Assembly (NCBI RefSeq): GCF_964355755.1
Contig: NC_092670.1
Coordinates: 15,982,795-16,046,794, forward strand
Direction of reading: 5' to 3'
DNA length: 64,000 bases
Source: Antedon mediterranea
Taxonomy: Eukaryota > Animalia > Echinodermata
This document shows, piece after piece, positions 1 to 13,900 of this stretch; position 1 is the first letter of the stretch, and every line of letters begins with the position of its first letter. Below the pieces are notes generated by a model. The model did no database searches. It was not told the DNA's origin and saw nothing but the letters and a program-made list of their open reading frames with translations. Both the position numbers and the translations under genes were made by a program.

Positions 1-167
1 ATCTGGGGCCTAGGAACTAGTACTTCATTGTTCGCATGAAGGTGTCATTTGATTCCTCAACACAGATTGGTGAATTCTAATTATGTGGTTCCATGTTGTT
101 GCAAATTGAAAAAGCTCTCCATAACATAGTCAATATATTTCTCATAACTATTTTTCCTTTGTTTCAG

Positions 168-2051
168 CATTCTATCCAAAATGCTTCTGATTTCTGCAAG
201 CAATGTGATTTAATCTCTGCATTCAATAAAATTGGAACATGCATCCTACAGAACAACATTCATACATTATTGGCAAGGGTACATATTAAAGAGTCTAAGA
301 GAACAAATTCTTCAGATCACAATAGTGATGATGGTGAGCACAGAAATACTGACAAGGATCACAAAACCGATGATGTCAACAAAAGATTGTCTAGCAAAAC
401 TATGGACTCATTTTCTGAACTAGCAGAAAATATGTCATTTATGGATGTATGCAACAGCTTCACAGGATCACAACAAAAATCAACCTTTAACCTTTTGAGT
501 CAAAGTTCAAAGGTTAGAACAGGGCAGTATAATGATCCTTCTATGGTAAATGATCATTCTTTTAACATAACGGCCGCTATACAAGTTGCAAGTTATCATT
601 GCTGTCGACGAAATTTGCTGGATGTTGAAAACGAGTTAAAGGAGCAGTGTATTGATACTACTTCTGTTGATCAAGGATCAGATTTGTTAAATGAGGAGAA
701 CCAAAACTTCAATCAGATTATTTGTCCAAAGGAAAGAGAAAGGTATTATGTTAACATTGCTTCACATTCTTAAGCGCAAGTAGACCAATCACAAGTTTGG
801 ATGATCTACCGCGTCATGGATACTCGCATACTACGTGCCAGAGTATTCACTGTAAAACATAGGGTAGTATCACACATAGCAGGCGAGAGAGTAGCGCCTA
901 CTATGGCCAATGCACTATAAAGCAAATTCATGTACATGTGGCCTTTGTGTATCAGTACCAACAAGGAACATTACAATACCTTGTTGTGTGTAAAGCTCTA
1001 TGATGATGTCATATCACTACCACATTTGGGCATATCACTACCACATTTGGGCACATCACACCTTTTTTGTCAAACAAGTTCGATAGTGTAGACAGAGCTT
1101 TACAGTATATATTTTCAATTTTCTGCTTTCCTAGACTGTCCGATGTGTTTCTACATGAGTACATATATTCTAATCATAATTTTTTGTATTCCAAGGTCTT
1201 TTAATGAGAAATCGTCAACGTATAACTTGGTGACACGTCAATTACCTTTACAAACATGTGGCAATCAACGTATTCTTGGTATGGATTATTTTCCAACAGT
1301 TCGCAACATTTGTAAGAACGAAAAGTTTAGAAAGGAGACACAGAGAAAGAGAAGGTAAGAAGTCGGAGTTGTTTGTTTTGTTTGTTGTTTTTTTTTTTTT
1401 GGCTTCTTTGGAAAACATGCCTGTCAAAGACTTGTTGTAAGTCTTCTCGGATAAGGACTTAAAACTGGAGGTCCATTGTACACATCTGGCTTATGTGAAC
1501 CCAGTACATCTTTCAGGAGGAGTAAGGGGTTACCTGGTGTACTGGCCCGTTCATCCCTTGTCGTGGATAATTTGGACAGCGTCGTTTGGTGGCAGCACTC
1601 GGCATGAAAGGGGAGTAGAAAGTTGTTGTGTGTGTCGTCCACAACTGTGCGCAATCTAGCCCAGTAGGCTGCAAGTCGCAGTCAATCCCTGCGACCATGT
1701 AAATTTCCTGGGAAAGATGAAATAAAGTTAATCTTTATCTGTATGGACACGATGATGATATATGAACTACCATATTTGGTCACATCACACTTTTCTTCTT
1801 TTTTTATCAAACTAGTTTGGTAGTGTAGACAGAGCTTAAAGATTTGTTTGTCTTCCTCCTTGTACAGTATATTGTCTTGTTTTATATTCTTTATATGTTG
1901 TATAAACTCGAATATTTGCTGTCTTAGTTTACTATTTGTCTTTTTTTTAAATCTTTTTAGATTTCTTCATTACTTGGATTCTAATTATATAGTACTGAAG
2001 GAAAATACTCACATACTACTGGCTACCTCATTGCAAACGAATCAACAATGA
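168..2051 (+). CDS. ATAD5: ATPase family AAA domain-containing protein 5 (Elg1/RFC-like PCNA unloader), last three exons; gene begins upstream of the window
   Basis: Exons 168-742, 1196-1354, 1961-2051 with GT-AG boundaries. The C-terminus CGNQRILGMDYFPTVRNICKNEKFRKETQRKRR-FLHYLDSNYIVLKENTHILLA matches the conserved ATAD5 tail (..YLPTLRNICKTEKLK..KRRFLHY..). Confidence 0.85.
994..1099. mobile_element. PIF/Harbinger-like MITE family A, internally deleted copy
   Basis: Right end TAGTGTAGACAGAGCT and internal ATATCACTACCA(C/T)ATTTGGGC repeats shared with about 15 copies in the window. Confidence 0.7.
1440..1726 (+). mobile_element. Deu-domain SINE, 5'-truncated
   Basis: GTCTTCTCGGATAAGGACT..AAAC..GAGGTCC..AGTACATCTTTC..GAGTA.GGGGTTACC.GGTGTACT is shared with copies at 26529 and 56775 and resembles the Deu domain of AmnSINE1-type SINEs. 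Confidence 0.65.
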
Positions 2052-3664
2052 ATGGATTTGACTTCCTGGCAAATAAATACTATAAAATAGACACAGGTAT
2101 TATAGTTATCTGAATAATTACATAAGTTTTGAGGTGTATAAATTAATGTTTTCTAAAAACTGTACATTGCATTGCATATAAAGATATAAAGTAATTGAAT
2201 CTGAAATATCAAAAATTAATTTGTGAATATTAATAAATTGAATTGAAGTACTATTTTAATAATAGAGATGGTTAATATGTATGAAACTGTAACTTTTGAA
2301 TATATTCAAATGTTTTGGCATAGGAAACAGAATGCATGATGGGAAGGGTTTATCATGTATTGTGTAATTTTATAAAATATACAAATTGCATGTCTGTTTA
2401 AATTAAATCATGTCATTTTTAGATTCAAATCGTTTGGTTTTGTATGTATATAATAAAATAATATTTTCAGTTTGTTTTAATTTATTTAAAATGTTGATAT
2501 TGCTGTATTATGTTCTATTGTTTTAAACTGAAATAAATTGTTCATATACTACCATGTGTTTTACTATACATTGTTTAAAAGTCACTTACCACTAATGTTT
2601 GCTATATTGTAAGCACAGGTTCCACGTTCTTCATTTGATGGTAGATTAGCTGACGTTCCAATTCTTTCACAGTTGATATCCATGTTGTGTACCTACAAAT
2701 AACTTACTACAAACTACACATAAATATCACCACAAACAATATTGTAACGTTTGGTTTATTTGTACTATACACTGCTGCCTTGCATGAAATCATTCAGTCA
2801 TTTTACATGATTTTAATACATGGGGAGCCAAAACTGTTGGATATTTTCAGTTACTGCAGTATGTACTACAGTAATTATGCAGTGTGCAAAAAAAAGGATC
2901 AAGATTCTGATTCGGTTAAAGCTACATTTCTATCTTCGGGTTTGATGTATACAATTCTCTTAAAAAGGCCAATGAAATAAAAAATTAGACTTTGATAAAT
3001 GGAACATATATTTTAAAGTGCCTTCTTCAATTTACATTGCTTTCAATTATGAAACCTATTATATAGACATATATAGGTAATATATATCCATGTTTAAAAT
3101 TTATGACGTCATTGCAGACAACATGACATGAAATATTGGTGGAGCTACACCAATATTTTATGTCATAGTCACAAAACTGGTTTAGAATTAGTTATGTAAT
3201 AGTTCTTAACACAATAAAACTACAGTTGTGCAGGTCCATTTACTAAAGTACATTACACAAAAAAAAAAGTTTATAAATTAAATATATTTTATGATGTAAA
3301 GTATAGTAAAACTTTTTTTTAATTCATAAAACATATCTCTTATAATAAATAATATTCATAAAATGAATTAGGCATTCACATGAGTTTAGTAATATTATGC
3401 ATATTGTAATTACTGGAGTAATCTGTAACAGTATTTAAGCAAAAGTGTTAAGTACGTACTTCAAACAACAATTTCATTTATTCTTAACCTGGCAGTATTG
3501 ATCAAGATTATTTTATTACCAAATATTAATAAAATAATTCAATATTAAAATTGCTTTCAGGATTAAAGAACAGAATCTCATATTCACCAGATAATGGTAA
3601 TAAAAATAATGATGATAATCAGCATTATAAAAACACTATCGCCTTCAGTGCGATTGCAATCTTA

Positions 3665-4020
3665 GACCCCATTTACACTTATGATTGGGTCCTGGGCCAG
3701 CCCAGGATTGGGTCCAATTTAAATTGCTTGGGCCTCATCCAGTATGTTTACACTTGCGTTCTAAACTATGGCCATGAGGATTCATTTTCTTAAGCCATTG
3801 GTCATGGTTCACTGCATAAGCCGTTCCTGGACCTACCCGAGAGATGGTCTAGATCTATCCGGCACAGGGCTGGCCTAACTTTATGCACAAAGAGCCACAA
3901 GCTCCACATGGGTGGGGATACCGGGGCTATATAACTTTTCATTTATTGTTATTATTACTTACTGATTGGCGACCCAGTGATGGCCCTGGGCTGGCCTAAA
4001 TCTCAAGTGTAAATGGGGTC
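3665..4020. mobile_element. Non-autonomous TIR element (Harbinger-like MITE)
   Basis: 16-bp TIR GACCCCATTTACACTT / AAGTGTAAATGGGGTC, flanked by TTA and ATA, with internal inverted GGCCAGCCCAGG/CCTGGGCTGGCC. Confidence 0.7.
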
Positions 4021-4978
4021 ATAGAGCCAGTAACAACTTATGTTGCAATACAGAATGGAACTGAATACGACTCAAACAAACAGCCTGCTTTATATACAGT
4101 GAAATATTCAACCATTTTGGTCCACATTTATAAACTTGCAACAACAGCATGATTCTTGTCAAATGTTTAGAACTGAGCCCTTTTACATGTTCTTAAAAAT
4201 GGTCAAAAATGTCGTACACACTATCATATCCAAATGTCTTACCAGAGGGTAAACTTTTATTGGCTATCAGACAAAACCATGTTTGAAGGAGTGTTCAGAT
4301 GTTTTAGCCAAAGAAAACATTATAGGTCTAAAGTTACCTTTTGCCAAAGTCTACCCTAAAATCCCGTTTCCATAGGCTTCAATCTAGGCTCCATAAAAAC
4401 ACTAGAAAGCTAAAGGGCAAACTTTTATTGGCTTTTGCAATCACAAAAGCCTTTGGTGACTTTCTTACGCTCAGTCTACACTATGATGTGCCCATATATG
4501 GACACAATGATGTCATATCACTACGGTATTTGGATACATCACACTTTTTTTTGTCAAAATATTTTGATAGTGTAGACAGAGCTTTACAACCTGCTTTAGA
4601 TCACAACTTGTAATGGGTGCGTGATTAAGCAGTACAGCCTGTACTAAAACAGAAACTTCATATTTACAAATGGTACACATCTACTTCTTGTATTATAAGC
4701 AGAAAGTAACCATTACTTGTCTCACGAATCATTGACCATTACAAACTGCTTAATTTTAATATTCATATAGATAGCAAAATGTATCAATATGGCTTCATAT
4801 TTAGCAATAAAATACATTATATTGGCAACTTATGTTTACAACTATTTTGAAATTTTATATTTCAGCTCTCAACTGTAGCCTTTATTGTATCTTTCATAAG
4901 GTTTGTAACCTTGAAGGCAGTTGTCATTTATTCTCATCTGACTTACTTGATCACAACCACATCTTCAGTCAACTCCTC

Positions 4979-7900
4979 TTAGTTTAACAGCTTCAATACT
5001 TTGCCAATGGCAATCGTTTTCCCTGTAATTTTAAAGATAAATAGCACAATATTGGTATCTGTACTGTATTCAGATTATGAAGGCGAGTTGTTAATTTTGT
5101 GATAAAACACCTCTCATTTGGTGATGCTTCTCAGTCTTAAATCTACAAGTTGGTTTGTTTAGTTTATAACCTGTGGAAATGTCCTGTAAGCCTGTTGAGG
5201 CTTGGCTATTTACCCAGGAAAGTTGTTAACGTACCATAGGGAATACCGCCTAATTAGTCCATAAACCTGTTATGTTCTCTAATGCCTGGTACATAATTAT
5301 GATTATTTTAGATTATGAGACAGAAAGTTTTTTCAAAGTGGTTTAGCAGAGAACATAACAATATAATACTTAATGGTAAATTTAAAGGAAATTACAAAAG
5401 TAATTTACATTGACAAAGTACTGCTTATGTATAAGGATCTGTAGACGTTGGTGTAGCTCCATGCACATTCCTAAAACCCCTATTGAATCAACAAAACCTA
5501 CCTTCATCTCTCAATGTGAACCTTCCCATTTGTGGAAAATCTTTAAATGTTTCTAGACAGATGGTACCAGCTGTGGTTATACGTGCTATGGCTACTTGAT
5601 CTTGCTTAATGAAGCGTGGTCCTTTTGTTTTATTACCCGTCTTTTTATCAACCAAAGCAATCAGGGACTGTAAACAAAACAAATAAGTTTATTTTATTTA
5701 TTTATTTATTTATTACCATATTTACTGAGGGTAGCCTATCCAGTTCCAAATAGAACTGATCATTCAGGGCCCTCGATAAAACATACATACAGTACAACAC
5801 ATAAAATATTAAATATTCAAATGACATAAAATATATAAAAGGCTTAAAAATTTACAATGATTATATAAAATTCATATAAAAGTTAAAATCGTTGACAGAT
5901 AAAAAAAAATATATATTCAGCAACCAAAAAAAATCAATTTATTATACCCGATTCACACATGCAATGTAATTGTAACAAATTGTTACATGGAAATTTTCCA
6001 GGATAAACTTTCCAGGTTAGAACGCTTTCATGGTGCAATGTATAATGTGAACACTGTGTAAAAGACATGTCCATATGCTGTGCTGTGTTACATCAATGTT
6101 ACAAATTTGTACCAAGGTGGTTAGAGCATTGGAATTGCAATCAAGAGGTTGTCGGTTCAAGCCCCGGCTCGGTCACTGCAGTGTTGAGTCCTTGAGCAAG
6201 ATTCTTTATCCACATTGTTCCTCCCCACCCAGGTGATAGAAATGGGTACCGGTATGTAAAAAGTACTGGGAAGGTAAATCAGACTCGTTTGTGCGGGAGG
6301 AGTGGCGTACCCCCCACAAACATACACACTTAGTGGAGTCTGGCCCAAACGCTAAGGAAATGGAGATGGGCACCACGGCCGTTAGCATTAGCTTACCGTA
6401 TATTTCGGTGTATAAGTCGCACTTTTGACACGCAAATTTGACCTCTAAATTAAGGGTGCGTCTTATACACCGAACATAAATGCCTCACCACACAGATTGT
6501 ACATAGGCCTAGGCTATCACCTCGTTTGCTAGGCCTGAGTAGGCTAGGCCTAGCTACAGTAACTAACTAACGTATAAACGGCAACCTGCTTCTGCCTAGT
6601 TTTCAAGTCATTTCAGCATGATGTACAGTTATACTAAATATGATGAAAAGATTTGTTCATTATGGCGCTCCGATAAAATTTTATTTGTAAACGTTTACGT
6701 CGTACGATTGGAATAGTATTTATTTATACAGTAGTTATACGCACGACCGCCGTACCCCAAGCGCAAGCCCTTATTTTGGTGGCCACATGGTGTACGGTAT
6801 TCGACTAGTATATTCTCCAGGTGATTATAGCATGGACCTAGCGTACACACTTCTCGGATACATAGATACTAATCGAATACGATTGTCCGTGAAAACGCGC
6901 GCCCTCTCGAAATGATCAAGCGAGGCTAGCCCACACACGTGCGTGTTACACACACGGTCATGCACTCGATGTTGCGGCGAAACTCATGAATAACAAGTTA
7001 GAAAGAACTTGTTGAGGCTGGGCGCGGCCGAGCCTAGGTAAGAAAAAACATAAATAAAGGATGCCGTTGTAGATATAACAAAATATATTATTACAATAAT
7101 ATTGATTACATTTAAAAAAAACATTGTTTTGATGAAATATAAGGTGCGTCTTATACATCGACGATATAAAAAATACCGATATTTTACTCTCAGTTGGGGG
7201 TGCGTCTTATACACAGGTGCGACTTATACACCGAAATATACGGTAGGTTTCGACTTTACCTTTACCTTACCAAGGTAAAATTATGTGTGAATCAGGTGTT
7301 ATTTCTCAGGACCCTTTATATTAAGTTCATAGTTTTACTTACAGATAATTGTGCTTCTTCTACAGCACTATGGATATGTAGTACAGCATTATAGCCAGCA
7401 CATATTATAGATTTGTATTCAATTATCACAATCTGAAAATAAAATAACAATTGGCAAATCATACAAAAACATTATGCTGCAGTAATTATATATCAGTTAC
7501 TGCAGTAGCCTTCTTAGTAGTTTAGTTACACACAAAATACTATTAAGTTGAATTACAAATTAATAAAATTGTTGTTAAGTACTTACCTGTGCTGTGAATT
7601 CCCGTCCTGTGTGACATGGGTTAATAGTATCACATAGGACAAACCCAGATGAAACATCCTAAAAAAAAATTATTTAATATTTTATTGGTTAAATATCATA
7701 ACCAGCTAAGTCAGCTGTTGGAGGTAGGTATAAAAAAGGAGCAGGAATTTCTAAAATTCGTTCGATAAAGAAACTAGAAGAGAGTATTGTCATGCAACAG
7801 AAAAATTTATTTCATATATGGTTTTATAAATTAATTTTTTAAATTAAGGTCATTTGATTAAACGATTGTGGGTCACATGGCACTTTATTTCATATATGGT

Positions 7901-10900
7901 TATGATAAACAAACTGAACAATACATACATCTTCCTCAACACCACGAACCTTGACCTTGACATTATCACCAGCAGAGGCACTGTTCCTCTCATCGTCATC
8001 AACTAAAATAGTCAACACTTCTACTGGCGTCTAAAAAAGGAATTAAAAAAATCCAGCATAAGATAAACTTTTACAAAATGCTTTGTTGTACATTTATAAA
8101 ATGTAGAAAAAGTATATATTTGAATAAATTCATAAAATGTATTTAAAATATCATACTGACCTTATTTGGCATCAGTAATAGTGATGAGCCTTTACCAACC
8201 TCCCCCGATTCTATTTTACCCAGCAGTATGGTACCCATGTCCTATAAATAATAAATATGCAAGGTTATCATTTTTATTACAGTAGAAAAAACCCTATTAA
8301 GTGGACATAGAAAGTATTCCAAAAATAAATTGAATAGTGGTTGGTTGTAGTTTTAAAATGTATATTCCCCTTCATTTATTTCACAGTAAAGTGTCCCTTT
8401 AAGGGGAATGTCCCTGAATAGGTGTCCCAATCGAGAGGTTCTACTTAAACAATCTATAAAATCACCAAGTACAAATGTGTACTACTATATATTACTAACT
8501 TACCTTATATTTATCAACTACTGGCATAATAAATGGGCCATCAGTGGGCAATCGTGATATAGATAAAGCGTCTATATATTGAATAAAGGAAGGACCTCTA
8601 TATACAAAAAAAAAAACAAAACAAGAAAAACCAAGTTTAGTATGTGTAATAGATTGAAATTAAACAGCGTATGTGACCATTCCTAAAAAGGAAGTTGCTT
8701 ATATCGCCTAAGACCTACTTGGGTACTTGTAGTATTACACTTCTAGAGTCTTCCGATAATTTAAATTGTAAATAATGTTTATTAGCATCCAATTTACTAA
8801 ATACAGTTGAACCGTTTTGTACAAACTTCTGGGACTGTAGGCATTACATGACATACTCTTTGTATTGCTAGATGTGAAAACATTGCTTAGGACAATATAT
8901 CTTTAAGGAAATGCAAAAATAAATAAAAATGCAACTCACGTATACCAGGGGCATTCAGTGCTTATGTCCTTAAGATTGGCCCCAGTCATTCCTGATACAG
9001 GGATGAAGAAAACATCTTTTTTCGGATTAAAACCAACTTTCTTTAAAAATGGAACAAGTTTTGACTGACATTCCGTGAACCTTTAAACAAAAATGAGATT
9101 ATTATTATTAAATTCCTATTACGTTAAAATTACATCAATATTACTCAACACAACCAGTATTAACTGTAAAAACATGCTTCGAAAAGCTACTAACCTTTCC
9201 TCTGACCATTTTACTGTTGGATCATCCATTTTGTTTATTAAAACCACTAAATGTTTCACCCCAGCAGTTTTAACTAACATAGCATGTTCTCGGGTTTGCC
9301 CTCCCCTTTCAAACCCAGTCTCAAATTCACCTTTACGGGCCGAAATTACCTGAAAAAAAAAAAGGTTTATGTTAAGTATTTGTAAATTGTATATGTTAAC
9401 CTATTTACAAAAAAACAGATAAAAACAAATACCAAAAAATATGTGGACATCTTGAAGCAGATAAATTTTGAAACTCACCAAAACTGCTAAATCAGCTTGA
9501 GCAGCGCCACCTATCATGTTTGGTACAAAGCTTCTATGTCCGGGCGCATCCAGCATCGTAAAATGTTTGCTGTCAGTCTCAAAGTACGCCCTCCCAACCT
9601 CAACTGTTTTGCCTTTATCTCTCTCTTCTTGGTTTGTGTCAAGGGCCCATGATAAATACCTATAGCAATTATAACAAATTGTCACATTAATAGAAAAATG
9701 TTAAATAAGTTTAACAGTCTTTAACCATGGAAGCTCAGATCAACACAAATTACACAGCAATAATACAGTTACATACTCTAAAATTAAACCTACCAACTTT
9801 CACGATTTTTTTCTCTTGCTTCCCTTTCATATTTTTCCAACGTTCGTTTGTCTACGCCCCCGGTTAAAAACCTAAAATATATAGAAATAAGCATCCTCAT
9901 CATGTAATTAAATTGATTAAATGAACTAGAAACATACTTTTGAGAACCAGTATGCTAATTGAAATGCTGGGATAATACTTAACATTTTTCATAAATTATA
10001 AATCAAATTAAATATTTAATTATCAAAGTAAATTGTCTTACATTATGTGGCCTCCTATGGTAGATTTACCAGCATCTGTCAAAGAAATATAACATTTTCC
10101 ACATTTATTATTTATATTTTCGGATTGAATACCGGTTTATACAGGTGATAAAAAAAAGTCACTATTATCAAGATATATGTTGCAAATATCAGATATCTGT
10201 TCACTGCCCATTTGTGATCTACCTAACAAAACTAATGACATCATTTTACATGTAATACTTTATTTATTGACACCAAAGAAAAACTAGGTTAGTTGATTAG
10301 CTATCAAAGAAAAAGGGCCAGGGTCAAATGTCAAACCTATACCTATCACCAAGGCAGAATCTTGTTATCCAGATCAGAAGACTGGATTACAGTCCAGGGG
10401 AGGATTTAGAGGATTAGATATTTTAAGATATATTGTCCTCCTGAAAAATTTTTGTTTACATTTTTTTTAATAAGCCATTTTAATGTCACTTCAACCAAAA
10501 ATGGATTGGAAAGAAAATGATTTATCTAAGAAAATTGTGATTGAAAGTAAAAAATAGTAAACTGTTTATTTTGTCTGTTTGTTTTGAACCAGGCCTAAAG
10601 CATTTAAAAAAAAAATGTTATTTAAAATTGACTTACCAACATGTCCAATAAAGACCACATTTACATTCTCTTTCTTTTCCTCTTCTTTTTCTACTTTCAC
10701 GTTTTTCCTTTTGGGTACTTGTATGGCAGTGGTTACTGGTGCTTCTTCTTCTGAGCTTTTCTCTTCTGATGAAATTAATTTAAAATGCTTCATGATAATG
10801 ACGAACTTGAATAGTGTATTAGATTATATGATATGATATTAGATTACTGATGTTGAGAAAGCTGATACAGTAAATGTTGATTAGGAGAATGAAGATGGTT

Positions 10901-13900
10901 GATGATTAAAAGATGAGATAAGATGAGGATTAAAAGAGGAGATAAGATGAGAATTAAAAGAGGAGATAAGATGTGGATTAAAATAGGAGATAAGATGAAG
11001 ATGAGGGTTAAAAGAGATAAGATGAAGATAAGGATTAAAAGAGGAGATAAGATGAGGATTAAAAGAGGAGACAAGATGAGGATTAAAAGAGGAGATAAGA
11101 TGTGGATTAAAAGAGGAGATAAGATGAAGATTAAAAGAGATACAGTAAGATGAGGATTAAAAGAGATAAGATGAGGATAATATTTAAAAGAAAACAAACC
11201 TGATATTGCAATTTCCTCATCTTCTGGTGTTAAATCATTTATGTTGCCAGCTGCACCTTCAGCTAAAAAGAGTAATTTAAAATAGGGACTAGCTATTTGT
11301 ACAACGACAGTACATAACAACTGTTATACTTATGCACTTGTCAATTGTATGACCCACTATACGACCCCCGGGAGAGGTGCGTCATTTGTCCGATGTGCGT
11401 CATACCTTTGAATACCATGACGCACCCGTGCGTAAAAAATGTGACTTACTTTTAGGTGACCATGACGCACCCATTTTGACGCACTGTGACCATGTTGTTT
11501 ATGATATGGTGGGTGGTAAAGTGATGGACATTGACACACCTTGTTCATTGATGTGACGTACCATCTAGGTTTTTTGACGCACCCCTGCGTCAGTAATTAT
11601 TTGTAAATGACGCACTTCTCCCGGGGGTCGTATAGTGGGTCATACAATTGACAAGTGCATTATACGTACTGCGACAGGCAACCAATTATAGAGAATGTAG
11701 ATGTTACATGTCAATCCATGTGATTTAGGATTAGCTTTTTTCCATTCTTTTATTATGGAAAGGGTTTTTTGGTGTAGGCTATGGCCTAGAGGTTGTGGGA
11801 TCGATTCTCTACTTAACAACTCTTTAAAAGAAAAATGTATTTATTTAGAGGGTAAGGTTTTTAATATTTAGGACAAGTTTTATTATTTAGGACGAGTTTT
11901 ACACGTTGTACATCCAGCGGCGGCCAACTGTGGTACGTATAACAAAATACATGTTATACAGGGGTCCCAAGTCTACCGCTACTTGCGGTAGTCTACCGCT
12001 TTTAGTACCCATCTACCGCGCTACCGCTATCTCGACGTTTTCTACCGCATTTTGATTTTTTTACCGCATTTTCAAATTTCCCCATATTTTTGGACAAATT
12101 GATTTACGGCCCATTTACGGTTACACCCAGGCTCAGCCCAGGTCAACAATAGTCAATAACCAGACAAAAGTGAGGCAGGATATTGAAACAATGTCTATTC
12201 ATGCAGTCTCCGTGGTCTATTATTGTATTTTTATTTGTATGCACTGCCTTTGTTAAACCGTAACAATAATATAAACATGCACGGTACTACACGCCGGACG
12301 TAGAAAAAAAAGAAGCGTGCAACCAACCGTGAATCAATCACGTGGTAACCGGAATACGCGATTATCAATTTTGGGAGGATCAAAGTTTTAACTAAATAAA
12401 CGCTTTGATTACACAGTGGTTGAGACACGTTTTTAATAGTTATTACATTTTTAAACACCCTCATAATTAATGGACTCTACCAATGTTGATCCGCTGCAAA
12501 AAGCAACAGATCGCACATCGCACGAGGTTGTTGAGGCGGTGTTTTATTTGGTTTGACTGTACGATCCGATAATACGAACATGTTAAATGATTTAAAAGGC
12601 ATGGATTCGCCAAGCAAGTAGGCCTACATTTAAAAAAAATTTACCTAAATTGTCGTAAGCTCTTTTGTTCAAACTTGTTATTTATATAGCAATAATCCAC
12701 CCGTTCCGGCATGCATTCGCTAGGCCTCTAGCCTAGGCCTACTCCTCGATCGATCGATGTCGCTGGTGGGGAATTTCCCAGCGATAAGAAATCGGCGAAA
12801 TAGCTCATAAACGGCCTACATGTTAATGTTATATCTTGAATGCCAGTGTAATTACGTATGGATAAAACAATATAAAACTCATCATCTGAAATAATATGTT
12901 AACTCGCGTAATGTAGCATAAGACGGATTCAGAATAGTTATTTCGATTGTTTTTTGGGTTTTAAAATGGTAGCTAGCTAGTAGAAGCCCTAGACTAGGCC
13001 TAGGCCTGTGCCTAAAAAAAATGAGTAAATTCTATTGGGCAATACTATCATGTGTAAATATTGTACATTATGTAATTAAGTTAAATTATTTTATATACTG
13101 AATTTTAGTTAAAATACAGTATATATTTTTTAAATTCTTTGTACTGAGGGTGTGTCCATAAAAAAAATAAGAATGTAAAAATACTGATGGATAAACCTAT
13201 GTAAAATTTAAGCAAACTTATGTGTAAATATTGTATATACTGTATATGTAACATATTTAGTTAATTAAGAGACGTAAACGACACGCGTGTTGATTTTCGA
13301 TTCCCCGCTCGTTGACTTTCGACGCCCCCGAATTGAATGTGGTTCACGACAAAATCTCCTGCGAATGGACTTTCCCAAGTTGGGACGTCTGTGTTATACG
13401 TTTTTTGTTATACGTCCAGTGGCGATACGTATACGTATATCCTCGTCCTTTAAAATATGACAGAAACAAAAGATGAATTGGCATTGTTAATGTTAATACA
13501 CATATTCTAAATAAAATAAAGTGTTAAATTAAATTGTAAAAGGAAAGAAAGAAATAAATCATTTATATTATAAATACCTATAGGCCTAGGCCTAGGTCTA
13601 GTTTAGTAGTAGTTTTATAAAATTGATGAGTTCATAATTGTATTATAATATTATCATTAATTATATATTAATTATTATTATTATTTCCAAAATACTGTCA
13701 GTATGACTCTAGGCTAGCCTAGGCTAGAATAAAAACAATTTCACTAACCTTCTTCTTGGACATTTTGACCTTCTTCTGTGTTTGTGTTATTTTCAGTCAC
13801 ATTACTACTAGGTTCAGTAACAAAACTGGGAACAAAAGCCGGAGCATGTACGTTCGGTACAAATGTGGGAGCATTGACGTTTAGATCGGAGATATTCGGA

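Noticed and set aside
10844-11320. 158-aa Leu/Ile-rich ORF and the opposite-strand MRIKRGDK-repeat ORF
   Set aside because: Both are translations of a 24-bp intronic minisatellite; only 11262-11200 is a real GSPT1 exon
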